Of a DNA stretch of 64,000 nt, positions 47,257 to 58,673 are shown piece by piece. Below the pieces are notes generated by a model that searched no databases, had not been told where the DNA came from, and saw only the letters and a program-made list of their open reading frames with translations. Each line of letters begins with the position of its first letter. Position 1 is the stretch's first letter. Origin of the DNA: an uncultured Thermodesulfobacteriota bacterium (GTDB lineage: Bacteria; Desulfobacterota; BSN033; WVXP01); contig CAYFYO010000001.1 of NCBI GenBank assembly GCA_964347335.1, forward strand, positions 2,090-66,089, written 5' to 3'. Made by a program: the position numbers and the translations under genes.

Positions 47257-47417
47257 CGCACGCTCTTTTGAGCAAAATTTCACAACATAGTTAGCCTATT
47301 CCCCTGCCTTTGTCAACAACTTTTGAGAGAGAGGAGGTTTCTCACTTTCGGCGATTCTACCCTTCGTGAGAGGCATTGCGGAAGCGACGAGGTGTGCCTT
47401 CTCAGATTCTGTGGTCC

Positions 47418-48395
47418 TTAGAGTTTCACTTCGATGAAAGACCTTTCCCTGAGGTCACGAATCCATTGTTGGTATAGTTGTTCAGCCTGAGTCTTGCGGT
47501 AGTCTTTTCCCAGCGCTTCCCTGATCTCATCGAATGGAATCGGACCCTCGTCCTTCCTGTCGGTAACCTTGACGAGGATGATCGCGTCTCGGGTTCGTAT
47601 CGGCTCCCCAACCTCTCCTTTTCTGAGGGTGAACGCCTTTTCGTCAATAGCAGGAATCAATTCTCCCTTTTTGAAATAGCCGAGGTCACCCCCTTTGATG
47701 CCTGGAATGTCCTGAGCGTATTGGAGCGCAAGGGAAGCGAAATCCTCCCCTTTCACTGCCCTCCTCATGATGTCTTTTACGATTAAGAGTACGCTTTCGT
47801 CCGGATCATCTGTAGGATTCTGGGGCACCGGGAGTGAGATATGACTGATTCTGACTGATTCTTCTGACAGGTAGTTCTGACTGTGGGTCTCATAGTAGGC
47901 TCTTAGGTTTTCTTCCGTTACCTCAATCTTTGTTTTGACGGTACGGTTGATCAGTCTGGTTCGCTTTAATCCTTTCTCAACCTGTTCCCGATAGGCCTCG
48001 AAAGTCATGCCTCTGGCCTTCAATGTCATTTCTAGCTGGTTCTCGCTCAATCCCTGTTCCTTTCGGAGTGATTCAATGGTGTCATCGAGCTGCTTCTGAG
48101 TCACACTGATTCTCTGCCTGTCCGCCTCCTGATCGATAAGCCTCTCATCGATTAACGTGTTGAGGACTTGAAGTCTCAGATCCAATAGATCAAACTCGTG
48201 CTCCAACCAGTCATTCTTTCCAGGTGCCTGACGATAGAAGGATTTTCGGAATTCCTCGAGTTCGGAAAAGGTGATGATCTCATCGTTGACAATGGCCACA
48301 ATCCGATCGATGATCTCCCCTCGTCCAAAGGAACCATGAAAAGCAACCGTGAGAATGAGAGCGGCCAGTGTACCTATCCTGAAAACCGTTCGCAT
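47418..48395 (-). CDS. SurA-like periplasmic chaperone / PpiC-type peptidyl-prolyl isomerase
   Basis: Signal peptide, SurA_N-like chaperone region and a C-terminal parvulin domain. Confidence 0.7.
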   Translation of the reverse strand: MRTVFRIGTLAALILTVAFHGSFGRGEIIDRIVAIVNDEIITFSELEEFRKSFYRQAPGKNDWLEHEFDLLDLRLQVLNTLIDERLIDQEADRQRISVTQKQLDDTIESLRKEQGLSENQLEMTLKARGMTFEAYREQVEKGLKRTRLINRTVKTKIEVTEENLRAYYETHSQNYLSEESVRISHISLPVPQNPTDDPDESVLLIVKDIMRRAVKGEDFASLALQYAQDIPGIKGGDLGYFKKGELIPAIDEKAFTLRKGEVGEPIRTRDAIILVKVTDRKDEGPIPFDEIREALGKDYRKTQAEQLYQQWIRDLRERSFIEVKL

Positions 48396-48405
48396 GAGAG
48401 CCTCC

Positions 48406-49338
48406 TCATTGCGTATACTCCAACAGATGGCTATTCCTCTTGATCTTGGCACTTCTTTTTAATTCCTCCAACCATTGATAGTACAGTTGCTCAGATCTCA
48501 TCTGGACAACTTTTCTCTTAATATCTTCGACGACTTCCTCGAAGGTTAACTGTCTTTCCGGAGTCTTATCCTTGACTTCGAAGATATGGAATCCATACGG
48601 ACTTTCAACAATCTCACTGACCTGTCCCTCCTCCATGGAGAAGACCACGTTGAATTCTTCAGGCATGTCGCCTCGGGCGAAGTATCCCAGATTGCCACCG
48701 AATCTTCCTTCGGGGCCCAAAGAGTTCTCCACCGCGAGCTCTTCAAACCCTGTCCCTTTTCTTAATGCCCGCATGATCCTCTCCGCATTCCGCTTTGAGG
48801 CCACAACGATCTGTCGGGCGTTGACACGTTCGGGAAGCATGTAATCGTCCCGATGGTCTTCATAGTACAGCTGCGCTTCCTCTGTGCTGATAGCGCCTAC
48901 GTACTGGGAACCCTGCCGAATGGTTTTTTCAACGAGGATCTTCTTCCTGACCCTTTCTCGCCAATCTTCAAAGGAGAGCCCTCGGCTATTCAAATATTCC
49001 CTGAGGCTTTCACCTTTGTAATCATTCTTGGTTCTCATAATCTCCGCTTCAACCTCCTGCTCCGTCACGGTCAAGTTCAGGCGATTGGCCTCTTGCAGAA
49101 CAAGAGCTTCGTCGATGAGTTGGTCGAGGAATCTTTCCTTCATTTCGATGAGTGCTTCGTGACTCCCTGGGGAAAACTGATTCTCCAGTCTCATCTCCTG
49201 GAATGCCTTGTTGAAATCCTCCAGCGTAATGACCCTGTCATCAACTCGGGCTAAGACACCGAGCGGGGACTTTTCGGGCTGGCATCCAAAAGAGAGAACA
49301 AGAATGAGTGAAAAGGCCGAGAAGACCGCGACTCTCAT
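48406..49338 (-). CDS. SurA/PrsA-like parvulin PPIase lipoprotein
   Basis: Lipobox LSFGC, SurA_N-like region and parvulin domain (GGNLGYFARGDM...). Confidence 0.7.
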   Translation of the reverse strand: MRVAVFSAFSLILVLSFGCQPEKSPLGVLARVDDRVITLEDFNKAFQEMRLENQFSPGSHEALIEMKERFLDQLIDEALVLQEANRLNLTVTEQEVEAEIMRTKNDYKGESLREYLNSRGLSFEDWRERVRKKILVEKTIRQGSQYVGAISTEEAQLYYEDHRDDYMLPERVNARQIVVASKRNAERIMRALRKGTGFEELAVENSLGPEGRFGGNLGYFARGDMPEEFNVVFSMEEGQVSEIVESPYGFHIFEVKDKTPERQLTFEEVVEDIKRKVVQMRSEQLYYQWLEELKRSAKIKRNSHLLEYTQ

Positions 49339-49358
49339 TTTTCGCCTCCACGGTGAAC

Positions 49359-52300
49359 TCAACGAGTTTCGGAAGCGGAGGTACTGCGCCTCTGCGCCTT
49401 TTTCCCGCCGCGTCCCAACTCCTTCCAGAGGCCTTGGATAACCTCATGGACGTCTTCCTTCTGATCGAGTTGAACTCTCAAATTGAAATCTGGCGTAAAC
49501 CTGATCCGGTCGGGGAAACGATGTGCAAGGTCCACAATGCTCTCTGGGTCGACTTTGGCGTTCTTGTCAAAGGATAAGGCGACCCTCTTTCCGTTGAAAT
49601 CAAAGAGCCTGACTCTTAGGTGAGTGAGGATGGGCTTGATTCTCATGACCTCCAGGAGATTGAGGACGGGCTGTGGGACAGGCCCGTAGCGATCTTCCAA
49701 CTCAGCTCGCATATCCTCGAGGTCCTCATCCGATTGAACCCCGGAAAGACGCTTGTAGATGGAAAGTCTCTGATGAGGGTTTTCGACGTAACTGTCTGGA
49801 ACGAAGGCTGGCTGATTCCATCGAATTTCCGGGGTAATCTCTTCCTCTATCTCCTCGCCTTTGAGTCGTTTGATAGCCCTCTCAATCAGCTGAGTATACA
49901 TTTCGAAGCCAACAGCGGCAATATGACCTGATTGCTGAATTCCGAGGAGGTTCCCCGCGCCACGGATTTCGAGGTCTTGCATTGCCAGCCTGAAACCCGA
50001 TCCGAGCTCGGTAAACTCTTGAATCGCTCGAAGTCGCTTTAGGGCATCACGCGACAAGGCGGACTCGCTCGGAACGATCAAGTATGCATAGGCTCTCTCA
50101 CTGCTTCGACCCACACGGCCGCGGAGCTGGTACAGATCTGCCAACCCGAACTGCTCTGCATGATTGATGATGATGGTATTGGCCGTCGGTATGTCGAGCC
50201 CAGATTCAATAATACCTGTGGAGAGAAGCACATCGATCTTGTGTTCAATGAAATCAAGCATCACTCTCTCAAGATCCCGTTCGCCCATTTGCCCGTGGGC
50301 GATGGCCAGCCTCACCTCAGGGACGAGATTTTTCAGATAACTTCCCATTGCCGCAATGTCGTGGACCCGGTTGTGAACAAAAAAGACCTGTCCTCCTCTG
50401 TTAACTTCCCGTAGGATTGCACTCCGGATCACCTCTCCATCGAAAGGATAGAGAAAAGTACGTATGGACCGTCTATCTGGAGGCGGTGTGTTGATGACCG
50501 ACATTTCGCGAATCCCGGTCAGGGACATATGAAGCGTCCTTGGAATCGGAGTTGCCGAGAGGGTAAGCACGTCGACCAGTCTCTTCAGCTGCTTGAGCTT
50601 TTCCTTATGGGTGACGCCGAACCGATGCTCCTCATCGATGACAAGGAGACCGAGGTCCTTGAACTTCAGGTCGTCTTGAAGAAGCCGATGGGTGCCAATA
50701 AGGATGTCTATCTTCCCCTTTTTCAGATCTTCCAGAATCTGTCTTTGCGCTTTGACCGATTTGAATCGGCTAATCGATTCAATCAGAACCGGATAGTCCT
50801 TTAGCCGCCTCGTAAAGTTCAGGTAGTGCTGTTGAGCCAGGATCGTCGTTGGGACCAAGACCGCAGCCTGTTTGGCGTCGGTCACAGCCTTGAAAGCCGC
50901 TCGAATGGCGACTTCCGTCTTACCGTATCCGACATCTCCGCAGATCAATCGATCCATCGGAACCGACCGCTCCATGTCGTTAATTACATCCTCGATGGCT
51001 TCTGATTGGTCCGGTGTCTCTTCATATTCAAAGCATGATTCAAATTCCTTGAAGTAGCGGTCCGGTTTGGAAAATGAAAATCCTTTAAAGTGCCGCCGAG
51101 CCGCGTAAACGGCAAGAAGCTCCTGAGCCATCTTCTCAACCGAAGCAGCGACTTTCTTCTTCAGCCTTTTCCATCCACTCCCTCCAAGGCGATCCACCCT
51201 AGCCTTTTTTTCTCCGGTCCCCACATACCTCTGAACGAGATTCAGGCGGTGCACGGGCACGTAGAGCTTGTCTCCATGCAGGTACTCCAAGAGGAGATAG
51301 TCGTTGCTCAATCCGCCGACGTCGAGGCGATGAAGTCCCCTGTAAATGCCGATCCCGTAATCGAGATGAACCACAGGGTCGCCTGGATTCAAATCTCCAA
51401 AGGAAGTGATAAAGGGGCCCTCGTGTATTCTTCTTCTTTTTCGGGATTTCTGCCGCTCTCCAAAGATCTCTTCTTCCGTGATCAGCGTCAGGCCTTCCCG
51501 ATCGAAGGAAAATCCTCCAGAAAGGTTCCCAACCAAAATGACAGGGTGGCCATTCCGAGTCTTCGGTATTGATGAAAAAGGCATTTGGAAAGTGTCCGTT
51601 GGGACGCCATACTCGTCGAGAACCTCGCCAAGGCGGTTGGCTTGCTCCGGATTGATTGAGACGAGAAAGACCGATGCCCCGTGCTCGCGACGTTTTTCAA
51701 TCTCCTTAATTAAGGGCTCGAGAAGCCGCTCGCTTCTTTGTCCACTCAGCATTTCCCTCCTGAGGTTTCCGTTTTCTTCCACCTGGAATCGGAATATCGC
51801 TTCCTCCCCCTCTGGTTTCCTGGAGATTTCAACCGGTTCGAGAATAAGCCGAGCCCCGTCCATGAGCCGAAAGCCCGTTTCCTGGGGATCGGAACAGAAG
51901 TCTTCAGGACTTATCCACTTGTTGGATCGAGAACTTGCCCGTTCAAATCTCTCACGCACATCGTGCTGGAAACCGGCCATGGCTTGATTGATGAGACCCG
52001 GTGAATCGAGAACCAGAATGTGCCTCTCCGAGAGATAGTTCACAAAGGAGTCCGAGGGTGAGCGTCCATCATGGACCAGGATTTCTTGAGCAGGGATCAA
52101 AGTTGCTTCCGTCGCCTCGTTGAGGGATCTCTGCGATCCGGAATCGAAAAACCTGACTGATATGATCTGGTCCCCTAACCACTCGATTCGGAGGGGATTG
52201 ACATAAAGAGGGGAAAAAACGTCGAGAATTCCTCCCCTCACGGTGAACTCGCCTTTGTCCTCCACAAGGTCGACCCGAATGTATCCCGACCGTGTCAGCG

Positions 52301-52790
52301 AGTCGAGGACCCGGTCGCGGTCGATCTCTTGCCCCTTATTCAATCGGGTGGAGAGGGCTTTCAATTTTTCCTTGGGCATGACCCTCTGAAGAACTGCCCG
52401 TGCCGAGGCAAAACACACCTCCCCGCTATCCCCATTCAAATGAAAAAGCACATGGAGTCGCTGAGCAAGCGTATCCGGTGTGGGGGGAATGCTATCCCAT
52501 GGGAGGGTCTCCCATGCCGGAAAGAGAAGGGCAGCCGCTTTCTCATCTCCACAGAAGAACCGAAAATCCTCCCAAAGGATCTCGGCTTCTCGATGCGTCG
52601 GAGCGATGACGAGCAAGGGATCCTGGCAGGCATCTCTAATCCGAGACAGCAGATAGGCTTTTGCGCTTCCCACGAGGCCACACACTCGTGCCTTTCTGCC
52701 GTGTCGAAAAGCCCAGTTGATCAGCGAGTCAATCGTTCGATTGCTTTTATGAGAGGGATTTTGCAAAATGTTGTTCATCCATAAGACCAA
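49359..52790 (-). CDS. mfd: transcription-repair coupling factor
   Basis: 1143 aa with an UvrB-homology N-terminus, RNAP-interaction domain and superfamily-2 helicase motifs ([26 protein letters not shown]). Confidence 0.9.
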   Translation of the reverse strand: MVLWMNNILQNPSHKSNRTIDSLINWAFRHGRKARVCGLVGSAKAYLLSRIRDACQDPLLVIAPTHREAEILWEDFRFFCGDEKAAALLFPAWETLPWDSIPPTPDTLAQRLHVLFHLNGDSGEVCFASARAVLQRVMPKEKLKALSTRLNKGQEIDRDRVLDSLTRSGYIRVDLVEDKGEFTVRGGILDVFSPLYVNPLRIEWLGDQIISVRFFDSGSQRSLNEATEATLIPAQEILVHDGRSPSDSFVNYLSERHILVLDSPGLINQAMAGFQHDVRERFERASSRSNKWISPEDFCSDPQETGFRLMDGARLILEPVEISRKPEGEEAIFRFQVEENGNLRREMLSGQRSERLLEPLIKEIEKRREHGASVFLVSINPEQANRLGEVLDEYGVPTDTFQMPFSSIPKTRNGHPVILVGNLSGGFSFDREGLTLITEEEIFGERQKSRKRRRIHEGPFITSFGDLNPGDPVVHLDYGIGIYRGLHRLDVGGLSNDYLLLEYLHGDKLYVPVHRLNLVQRYVGTGEKKARVDRLGGSGWKRLKKKVAASVEKMAQELLAVYAARRHFKGFSFSKPDRYFKEFESCFEYEETPDQSEAIEDVINDMERSVPMDRLICGDVGYGKTEVAIRAAFKAVTDAKQAAVLVPTTILAQQHYLNFTRRLKDYPVLIESISRFKSVKAQRQILEDLKKGKIDILIGTHRLLQDDLKFKDLGLLVIDEEHRFGVTHKEKLKQLKRLVDVLTLSATPIPRTLHMSLTGIREMSVINTPPPDRRSIRTFLYPFDGEVIRSAILREVNRGGQVFFVHNRVHDIAAMGSYLKNLVPEVRLAIAHGQMGERDLERVMLDFIEHKIDVLLSTGIIESGLDIPTANTIIINHAEQFGLADLYQLRGRVGRSSERAYAYLIVPSESALSRDALKRLRAIQEFTELGSGFRLAMQDLEIRGAGNLLGIQQSGHIAAVGFEMYTQLIERAIKRLKGEEIEEEITPEIRWNQPAFVPDSYVENPHQRLSIYKRLSGVQSDEDLEDMRAELEDRYGPVPQPVLNLLEVMRIKPILTHLRVRLFDFNGKRVALSFDKNAKVDPESIVDLAHRFPDRIRFTPDFNLRVQLDQKEDVHEVIQGLWKELGRGGKKAQRRSTSASETR

Positions 52791-52998
52791 CTGCCCGTTT
52801 TGTTCAGTTCGAAGCCGTCTATCATTGGATCGGCGAAAACAGGTTCTTCATCCTCGAGACCGCCCCATCCGGGTCCCTTGCCCTGACGAGTCCATGAAGA
52901 TACTGGGGAATACCGAGAGACGTGACGTACTCTGAAAAAGCCTGAATCGGAAGAGGTCGTGTGTAGATCATTCATTGCCCACCGAGAAGGCGAATCAA

Positions 52999-53715
52999 TC
53001 AGGCTTTAATGTAGAACTGCATCTTCGTTCTTCCGGCAGAAATGACGTCCCCGTCTTTCAGCTCCTGCTGATCGGTGATGGGGACGCCGTTGACTCGGGG
53101 AGCCGTTCTTCCCCCAGAACTGGAAATATAGAACCCGGTGGGTCGTTGACTGATAAGGAACACGGTTTTTCCAAGGAACAGTCCCTTGAGCTTTATATCC
53201 GCATGGTCACCTTTGCCACCGACCATAAGTCGCCTTGTCAGTGGAATATCCTTTTGACCCGAACCACCAGAAATGATGGCAACACCGCCCTGGACTTCCT
53301 CCGGTTTTTTCTCCGTGCCGGATTCGGGTACCTTCGCGAGAAGCTCCCGCTGTTTTTTGGTCTCTAGGACGAGGGTGTGTTCAGCCATTTCCCGGCTAGT
53401 TCCGACTGCATCGGCAGTGGGCTGGATGTCCTCATCGATGAACACGAGGGTGTGCTTTCCGATGAGTATCCTGTCCTGATCCGATAGGATCCATTGTGAG
53501 ACCTTCTTGTTGTTGACAAAAGTCCCATTGAGGCTTTTGAGATCTTCGACAATAAAGCGGGGCCCCTCTCGATAGATCCTCGCATGTTTTCGCGAGACGG
53601 CCATGTTATCGATAACAATGTCATTCTTCCCTGATCTTCCGATCGTTAGGGAGGGCTTGTCCAACGGCACCTCTTTGAACGCCATATCATTAAACCTCAT
53701 CTCAATCCTTGCCAT
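52999..53715 (-). CDS. tandem FHA-domain protein
   Basis: Two FHA modules (GR.....D..SR.HA, NGT.VN). Confidence 0.75.
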   Translation of the reverse strand: MARIEMRFNDMAFKEVPLDKPSLTIGRSGKNDIVIDNMAVSRKHARIYREGPRFIVEDLKSLNGTFVNNKKVSQWILSDQDRILIGKHTLVFIDEDIQPTADAVGTSREMAEHTLVLETKKQRELLAKVPESGTEKKPEEVQGGVAIISGGSGQKDIPLTRRLMVGGKGDHADIKLKGLFLGKTVFLISQRPTGFYISSSGGRTAPRVNGVPITDQQELKDGDVISAGRTKMQFYIKA

Positions 53716-54013
53716 TCCCTCACCTCCCCGTCGAACCCAGAATGGATGCTAAGGATGAGGTCATTGATTTGACCAAAAGAACAAACCATCTCCATCGTAT
53801 CGGAGAAAAAATTGGTTGTCAAGAGAACCAAGAGTTGGAATTTATAGACTTTTTTTGGATCTCCTCGAATGTTACAATCCGGATCCCTTTGCGTACGACT
53901 ACAGATGGAAAAGCCAATTGCCGCGACCGGATGGAATCTTTGAGGTTTCCTGACTTCTGCGGGGTTCTCTTATCCCTGAGTGACGTTAGCGGAGGCGGTG
54001 GGATCCCTAGAAA

Positions 54014-54048
54014 GACTAGAGATTAGAGACTTGAGACCAGAGACTGAG
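54014..54048. repeat. degenerate heptamer tandem array (TAGAGAC-like, ~5 units)
   Basis: agacTAGAGATTAGAGACTTGAGACCAGAGACTGAG. Confidence 0.6.
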
Positions 54049-54057
54049 GGCTAGGTG

Positions 54058-54104
54058 CCAAATGCCGAATGACCAATGACAAATGACAAATAACAAATGC
54101 CAAA
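54058..54104. repeat. degenerate heptamer tandem array (AAATGAC-like, ~6 units)
   Basis: ccAAATGCCGAATGACCAATGACAAATGACAAATAACAAATGCCaaa, about 180 nt upstream of rimO. Confidence 0.6.
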
Positions 54105-54284
54105 GGCTTGTTGGGAGTGTGTCTCCTTGAACCTTTTGCGTTTTTCCTCGGTCCTGCGAGACCAAAATTGGTGAACCTCGATTGGATCAGCGCGAGAGCG
54201 TGGGAGCGAAGAGATAAGAGAACTCACTCAAGGGAGAATATCTGACTGCTTCTCTTCGGGAACCCCTTTCGGTATAATCTGAAC

Positions 54285-55616
54285 ATGACAAAAAGCGACC
54301 AGATCTGTTTAATCAGCCTCGGTTGCGCGAAGAATCTGGTAGACTCCGAAGTGATGCTGGGCCTACTGGCTGAAGAGGGTTACACCATCACAACGGAACC
54401 GGCTGATGCTGATGTCATTCTGATCAACACGTGTAGCTTTATCCGTGATGCAACTCAGGAGGCTCTGGACACGATTCATGGAGCGGTCGAGCTTAAGAAA
54501 TCTGGATCGTGTCACCGGGTCGTTGTGACCGGTTGTCTTCCTCAGCGATACGGTTCTGTCCTCGCGAAGGAGATCCCTGAGGTCGACTTTTTCCTGGGGA
54601 CTGAGGAGTTCCCTCACATTATGCGTTATCTTGAGGGGGCCGTTGATCACCAGGAGCGAGTGGTTATCACGAGGACTCGTTTTCTTTACGATCACCAAAC
54701 CCCACGCCTGCTTTCGGGACATCACTGGAGTGCCTACATAAAAATCGCGGAGGGGTGCTTCAGGTCTTGCTCATTCTGCACCGTACCCAGGATTAGAGGC
54801 CGGTTTCGCAGCCGCCCGATCGACTCCATCTGTCGAGAGGCTCGTCGGCTGGTTGACCAAGGAGTCCGGGAGATCAATCTTGTTGCTCAGGACACAACAT
54901 CTTACGGCCTTGATCTCAAAGACGGGACCAATTTGAAGGCCCTCCTTGAGGGCCTCTGCCGGATTGAGGGCCTCGCCTGGATTCGTGTGCTGTATGCCTA
55001 TCCTGAGCATATCGATTTACAGCTCCTCGAGTGGATGGAGAATTCTGAGAAAATCTGTAACTATGTTGATCTGCCCATCCAACACATCAACTCGAGAATC
55101 CTCCGGGCCATGGGGCGTCCCGTCTCCCGCCGATCCTTGGAGGATTTGATTCGTAAGGTCAGGGAGACCATTCCCGGTGTCTCAATCCGAACCACCCTCA
55201 TGGTCGGATTCCCCGGAGAGACGGCAGCAGAGTTCTCCGAGCTGGTGGATTTTGTCGGAAGCGCTCGATTTGAGAGACTCGGAGTTTTCGAGTTCTCTCC
55301 AGAGGAAGGAACGCGAGCCGCGAGGATGAAAAAACAGGTGCCGGCGTGGGTCAAAAGAAAACGCCGTGAGCGACTCATGGGACTTCAGCAGGAGATCTCC
55401 TTGGAGCACAACGAGGAGCTGGTCGGGAAAAAAGTTCTCGTCTTGACCGAAGGACGGACGGAAGAGAAGGGCATGCTGAAGGGGCGCATGGCGACACAGG
55501 CACCGGACATCGATGGTCATGTCATCATTACCCAAGGAGATGCCTCCCCAGGGCAGATGGTGGATGTCCGTATCACCAAGGCTTATCCCTATGATCTGGA
55601 AGGAGGGATCGTCTGA
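54285..55616 (+). CDS. rimO: ribosomal protein S12 methylthiotransferase RimO (MiaB-family radical SAM)
   Basis: MTTase N-domain Cys (C..C..C), radical SAM CFRSCSFC and a C-terminal TRAM domain. Confidence 0.8.
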   Translation: MTKSDQICLISLGCAKNLVDSEVMLGLLAEEGYTITTEPADADVILINTCSFIRDATQEALDTIHGAVELKKSGSCHRVVVTGCLPQRYGSVLAKEIPEVDFFLGTEEFPHIMRYLEGAVDHQERVVITRTRFLYDHQTPRLLSGHHWSAYIKIAEGCFRSCSFCTVPRIRGRFRSRPIDSICREARRLVDQGVREINLVAQDTTSYGLDLKDGTNLKALLEGLCRIEGLAWIRVLYAYPEHIDLQLLEWMENSEKICNYVDLPIQHINSRILRAMGRPVSRRSLEDLIRKVRETIPGVSIRTTLMVGFPGETAAEFSELVDFVGSARFERLGVFEFSPEEGTRAARMKKQVPAWVKRKRRERLMGLQQEISLEHNEELVGKKVLVLTEGRTEEKGMLKGRMATQAPDIDGHVIITQGDASPGQMVDVRITKAYPYDLEGGIV

Positions 55617-55977
55617 ACATCGATGATCTCTTCTCTCCTTTTCGCTCCGCAACCTTTCCGGTATTTGAACGGATTCGGGGAGTAATTCCTGCCGTAACGA
55701 TGAATGTCCTCTATTTCTTCTTGTGCCGGTCTTTCTTCATGCGCTTTCTGTGCTTGTGTCTCGACATCTTTCGCTTTCTCTTCTTGATGACCGTTCCCAC
55801 ATTCACCTCCGAGGATAACTTCAGCGATCCTATTGAGTTTATGAACGACCGATTGTGTAAGATTATCCGAAGGCGTGACAGGACTGCTTGCCTTCGAATC
55901 CCCTCCAATGTGCAAATCCATCATCACAAAGGACAAACTGTTTCTGAATAATCATTCCTCCCTGAGGGCCATCTTTT

Positions 55978-57063
55978 TCAACCTTTTTTTCTATTTCGAT
56001 GGTTGTGTCGATGGTGAATCTCAGGAGCATGAGGATGTCGGTGTTCAGCTTCATCGTGTACGTGGGCATGAGAATGGGGTCCTGTCAACGCGGTTTCCTC
56101 TCCTCTATGCACGTGAGTGTGATGTCCGTTATCATGAATATGGCGGTGCTCGTGTTGAATGGCCGCATGAACGTGCCGATGAGCATGTTTTTCCCCCAGC
56201 AAGAGGATAGCCCCCATAATCATAATCGGAAATGACAAAACAGTAAATAGATTAGGGATTTCTCGAAGAAGCGAGAAGGATAGCAACGCCCCAATGAATG
56301 GAGCCGTTCCGAACAGCGCGCTTGCACGGGCCGTTCCTAGCCCCCGCATCGCAAGGACAAACAAGGCGATGCTGAGCCCATAGCCAAAACTCCCCAGTAG
56401 CATCGCTCCCAACCCAGCCAAGGGTTCGGGGAACGGGATTCCGAGAATGAGAGATAGGATCAGGGAAAGGCTCCCCGCTCCAAGTCCTTTCACCATAACG
56501 ATGGAAAACGGGTCTTTTGCGGAAATATGCCGGGTCAAATTGTTATCGAGTCCCCAGAGCGTGCAGGCGACGAGCACGCCGACCGCACCAAGGGAGATTC
56601 CCCATTCCGCACTGAGGTCCAGCGAGAGAACAATACTGCCGGCCGTTATACAGCCGATCGCCCCCCAGACGCGTCCACCAATCGCCTCTTTGAAGACGAG
56701 GAGTGCAATGAGTGCGGCAGCGGTCCCTTCGAAGTTGAGCAGAAGAGAAGCTGTCGCAGCTGGGGTTGTCCGCAAGCTGAGCATGAGGACAATGGGAGCA
56801 GCGACACCTCCCGCTATTACGGCTGCGACCAGGCAAGGGACATCCGTTCTGCTGATCCCGGCTTCCGCACGGGTGGGTTGTATGCTGACACGTTTGAATG
56901 CTTTGAACAGAAGCAAACCAATGCCGCTGCCAAGATAGAGAAAGGCAGCCAGCGGAATGGGCGCAATCACTGCCAGGAGCCACTTGGCTATGGGCATGCT
57001 TGCGCCAAACAAAGCAGCAGCCAGCAAAGCCTGAATCACTGGATAAATTGGCGTTCGAATCAT
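55978..57063 (-). CDS. DMT/EamA-family permease with ~70-aa His-rich C-terminal tail
   Basis: Ten TM helices in two EamA repeats, then HAHRHVHAAIQHEHRHIHDNGHHTHVH...HSHAHVHDEAEHRHPHAPEIHHRHNH. Confidence 0.75.
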   Translation of the reverse strand: MIRTPIYPVIQALLAAALFGASMPIAKWLLAVIAPIPLAAFLYLGSGIGLLLFKAFKRVSIQPTRAEAGISRTDVPCLVAAVIAGGVAAPIVLMLSLRTTPAATASLLLNFEGTAAALIALLVFKEAIGGRVWGAIGCITAGSIVLSLDLSAEWGISLGAVGVLVACTLWGLDNNLTRHISAKDPFSIVMVKGLGAGSLSLILSLILGIPFPEPLAGLGAMLLGSFGYGLSIALFVLAMRGLGTARASALFGTAPFIGALLSFSLLREIPNLFTVLSFPIMIMGAILLLGEKHAHRHVHAAIQHEHRHIHDNGHHTHVHRGEETALTGPHSHAHVHDEAEHRHPHAPEIHHRHNHRNRKKG

Positions 57064-57213
57064 GTTCGGCTCAGGCCTCTTGTCTCCGCATCGCCTCGCG
57101 AGCGATGCGGAGATAAAAGGAGTTCTGTTCTCGAGGTATCAATGACGGCGGCAAAGATGAGTTCGTGGATATTGTGTAGGACTGCCTATCGGTGGCAATC
57201 AATCTCCCAGACC

Positions 57214-58263
57214 TCAAGGTGACTCGTTGATCGTCACATCTTTCCACGGAACGTGATAAACGCGATGGAGCGCCGTAAATCCCTTCAGGTTATACACGCC
57301 AACGAGCTGGGCACCGATCCCTTGGAAGCTTTTGATCTCCTCTTTCAATTCTTCAGAAACAAAAATCCGATTCTTGGTTGGAAAGGCTTCAGGCTTCAAT
57401 CCGTTGCCCAGACTCTCCTGGCGGTCCTGCGTGAGCCCCTCGATTCTGAAAGCCTTGTTGATGGCGGCTCCGTGTCGTCTGCCGTGTTCATCGAGGACCA
57501 ACTCACCATAGTTAATCCCCACCCGTAGCTCGATTTTCTCTTTCTCTGGCATGCTCCTATTGTAATCATCGGCATTCTGGAGGATCTTAACGGCTGCGCT
57601 GACGGCGTCAATTCCTGTGGAGAACGTGATGAGGTATCCATCACCGATGCTTTGAAAAAACTTCGCTCCAAACTTTTCACAGACCTCGCGGACACACGCC
57701 TTCATTTTGTTGTTGATTCGCATGGCAAAAGCATCACCCTGCGTGACGGCCAGTCTCGTGGATTCGCAAAGATCCACCACGAGAATGGCCTCGTTTACAA
57801 AAGAAGACTGCTTTCTTGGGCTCCTCAGCGGAAGCATGCGCCATCGCTTGGCGAGCCAAAAGATGATAAGGAAAACGCATGCCGTGGTGAGGACGAGAAA
57901 GGTCTTCTCCTGATAGAAAGGAGTCTCTTTGGGGGAAATCATGTCTTTCATCCTCTCCATCATCCCTTTTACATCAGAACCGCCCACCCCTTCCCCCATC
58001 ATACCTCGGTTCGGCTGCATTTGCAGCGATCGTGCTTTCCCGGAGAGTGAGGGAGGCGCTGCTTCTGGAAACTCCCACTCTGCTAATCGCGCGGGGGTAC
58101 CCTTCAAGTGACCTCCTCGATCGAAGAACGTCGGACCAAGAGGCTCATTCACCCACAAAAAGAGAAGGAACGCATGAAAAACGAAAAACGCCCTCAACGT
58201 GGATCCCTTTCCCATCGAACCGCCCTTCCTCGTCTGCCATCGCGATGACGCCAAATCAAACAA
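57214..58263 (-). CDS. membrane-anchored class III adenylate/guanylate cyclase
   Basis: An N-terminal TM region precedes a CYCc domain (VVDLCESTRLA...FQSIGDGYLITF...RVGINYGELV). An alternative start MGKGS lies at 58215. Confidence 0.75.
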   Translation of the reverse strand: MFDLASSRWQTRKGGSMGKGSTLRAFFVFHAFLLFLWVNEPLGPTFFDRGGHLKGTPARLAEWEFPEAAPPSLSGKARSLQMQPNRGMMGEGVGGSDVKGMMERMKDMISPKETPFYQEKTFLVLTTACVFLIIFWLAKRWRMLPLRSPRKQSSFVNEAILVVDLCESTRLAVTQGDAFAMRINNKMKACVREVCEKFGAKFFQSIGDGYLITFSTGIDAVSAAVKILQNADDYNRSMPEKEKIELRVGINYGELVLDEHGRRHGAAINKAFRIEGLTQDRQESLGNGLKPEAFPTKNRIFVSEELKEEIKSFQGIGAQLVGVYNLKGFTALHRVYHVPWKDVTINESP

Positions 58264-58673
58264 CGTTGGGAAAGATGAGACAGAAGCCTCCCGTCCCCCG
58301 ACGCGATCCCATCATCCCTCGGCTCATCCCCGCATCGATGATCATAGCATTTAAGCGAGCAAAATACACCTTTCCGAGGTAAAGCATGGCACGAACACCT
58401 CGATGCTCCTGTTGATTCGTGCTTTTAGGAAGAACACCGGGGCTTTCCGATTCGAATAAATCCCTTGGAAGAGAACCTCTCTGTGTTCAAGGGCGAGGCA
58501 TGATTTCCCCGGTCTGCTTGTCTTCGCTTTGCCTTGACGTGCCTAGAAGAATAGGTTAACTATTTTCCCACGGATGGCAACATTTCGTGCTTGAGGCGTT
58601 GCATGACCTCCAGAGGAGGCTTCACCCGAGAAGGGGTGACGAATTCTGAGAGCGCACCTGGGAAGAGAGCACC

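Noticed and set aside
54014-54104. Possible CRISPR array
   Set aside because: The units are 6-8 nt with no spacer-repeat architecture, so this is not a CRISPR.
55589-55951. Overlapping ORFs 55589-55936(-), 55700-55951(+), 55711-55908(-) between rimO and the DMT permease
   Set aside because: They lie in a strongly strand-biased polypurine/polypyrimidine tract. None has an SD and they are mutually exclusive. They are kept only as a note under the DMT finding.
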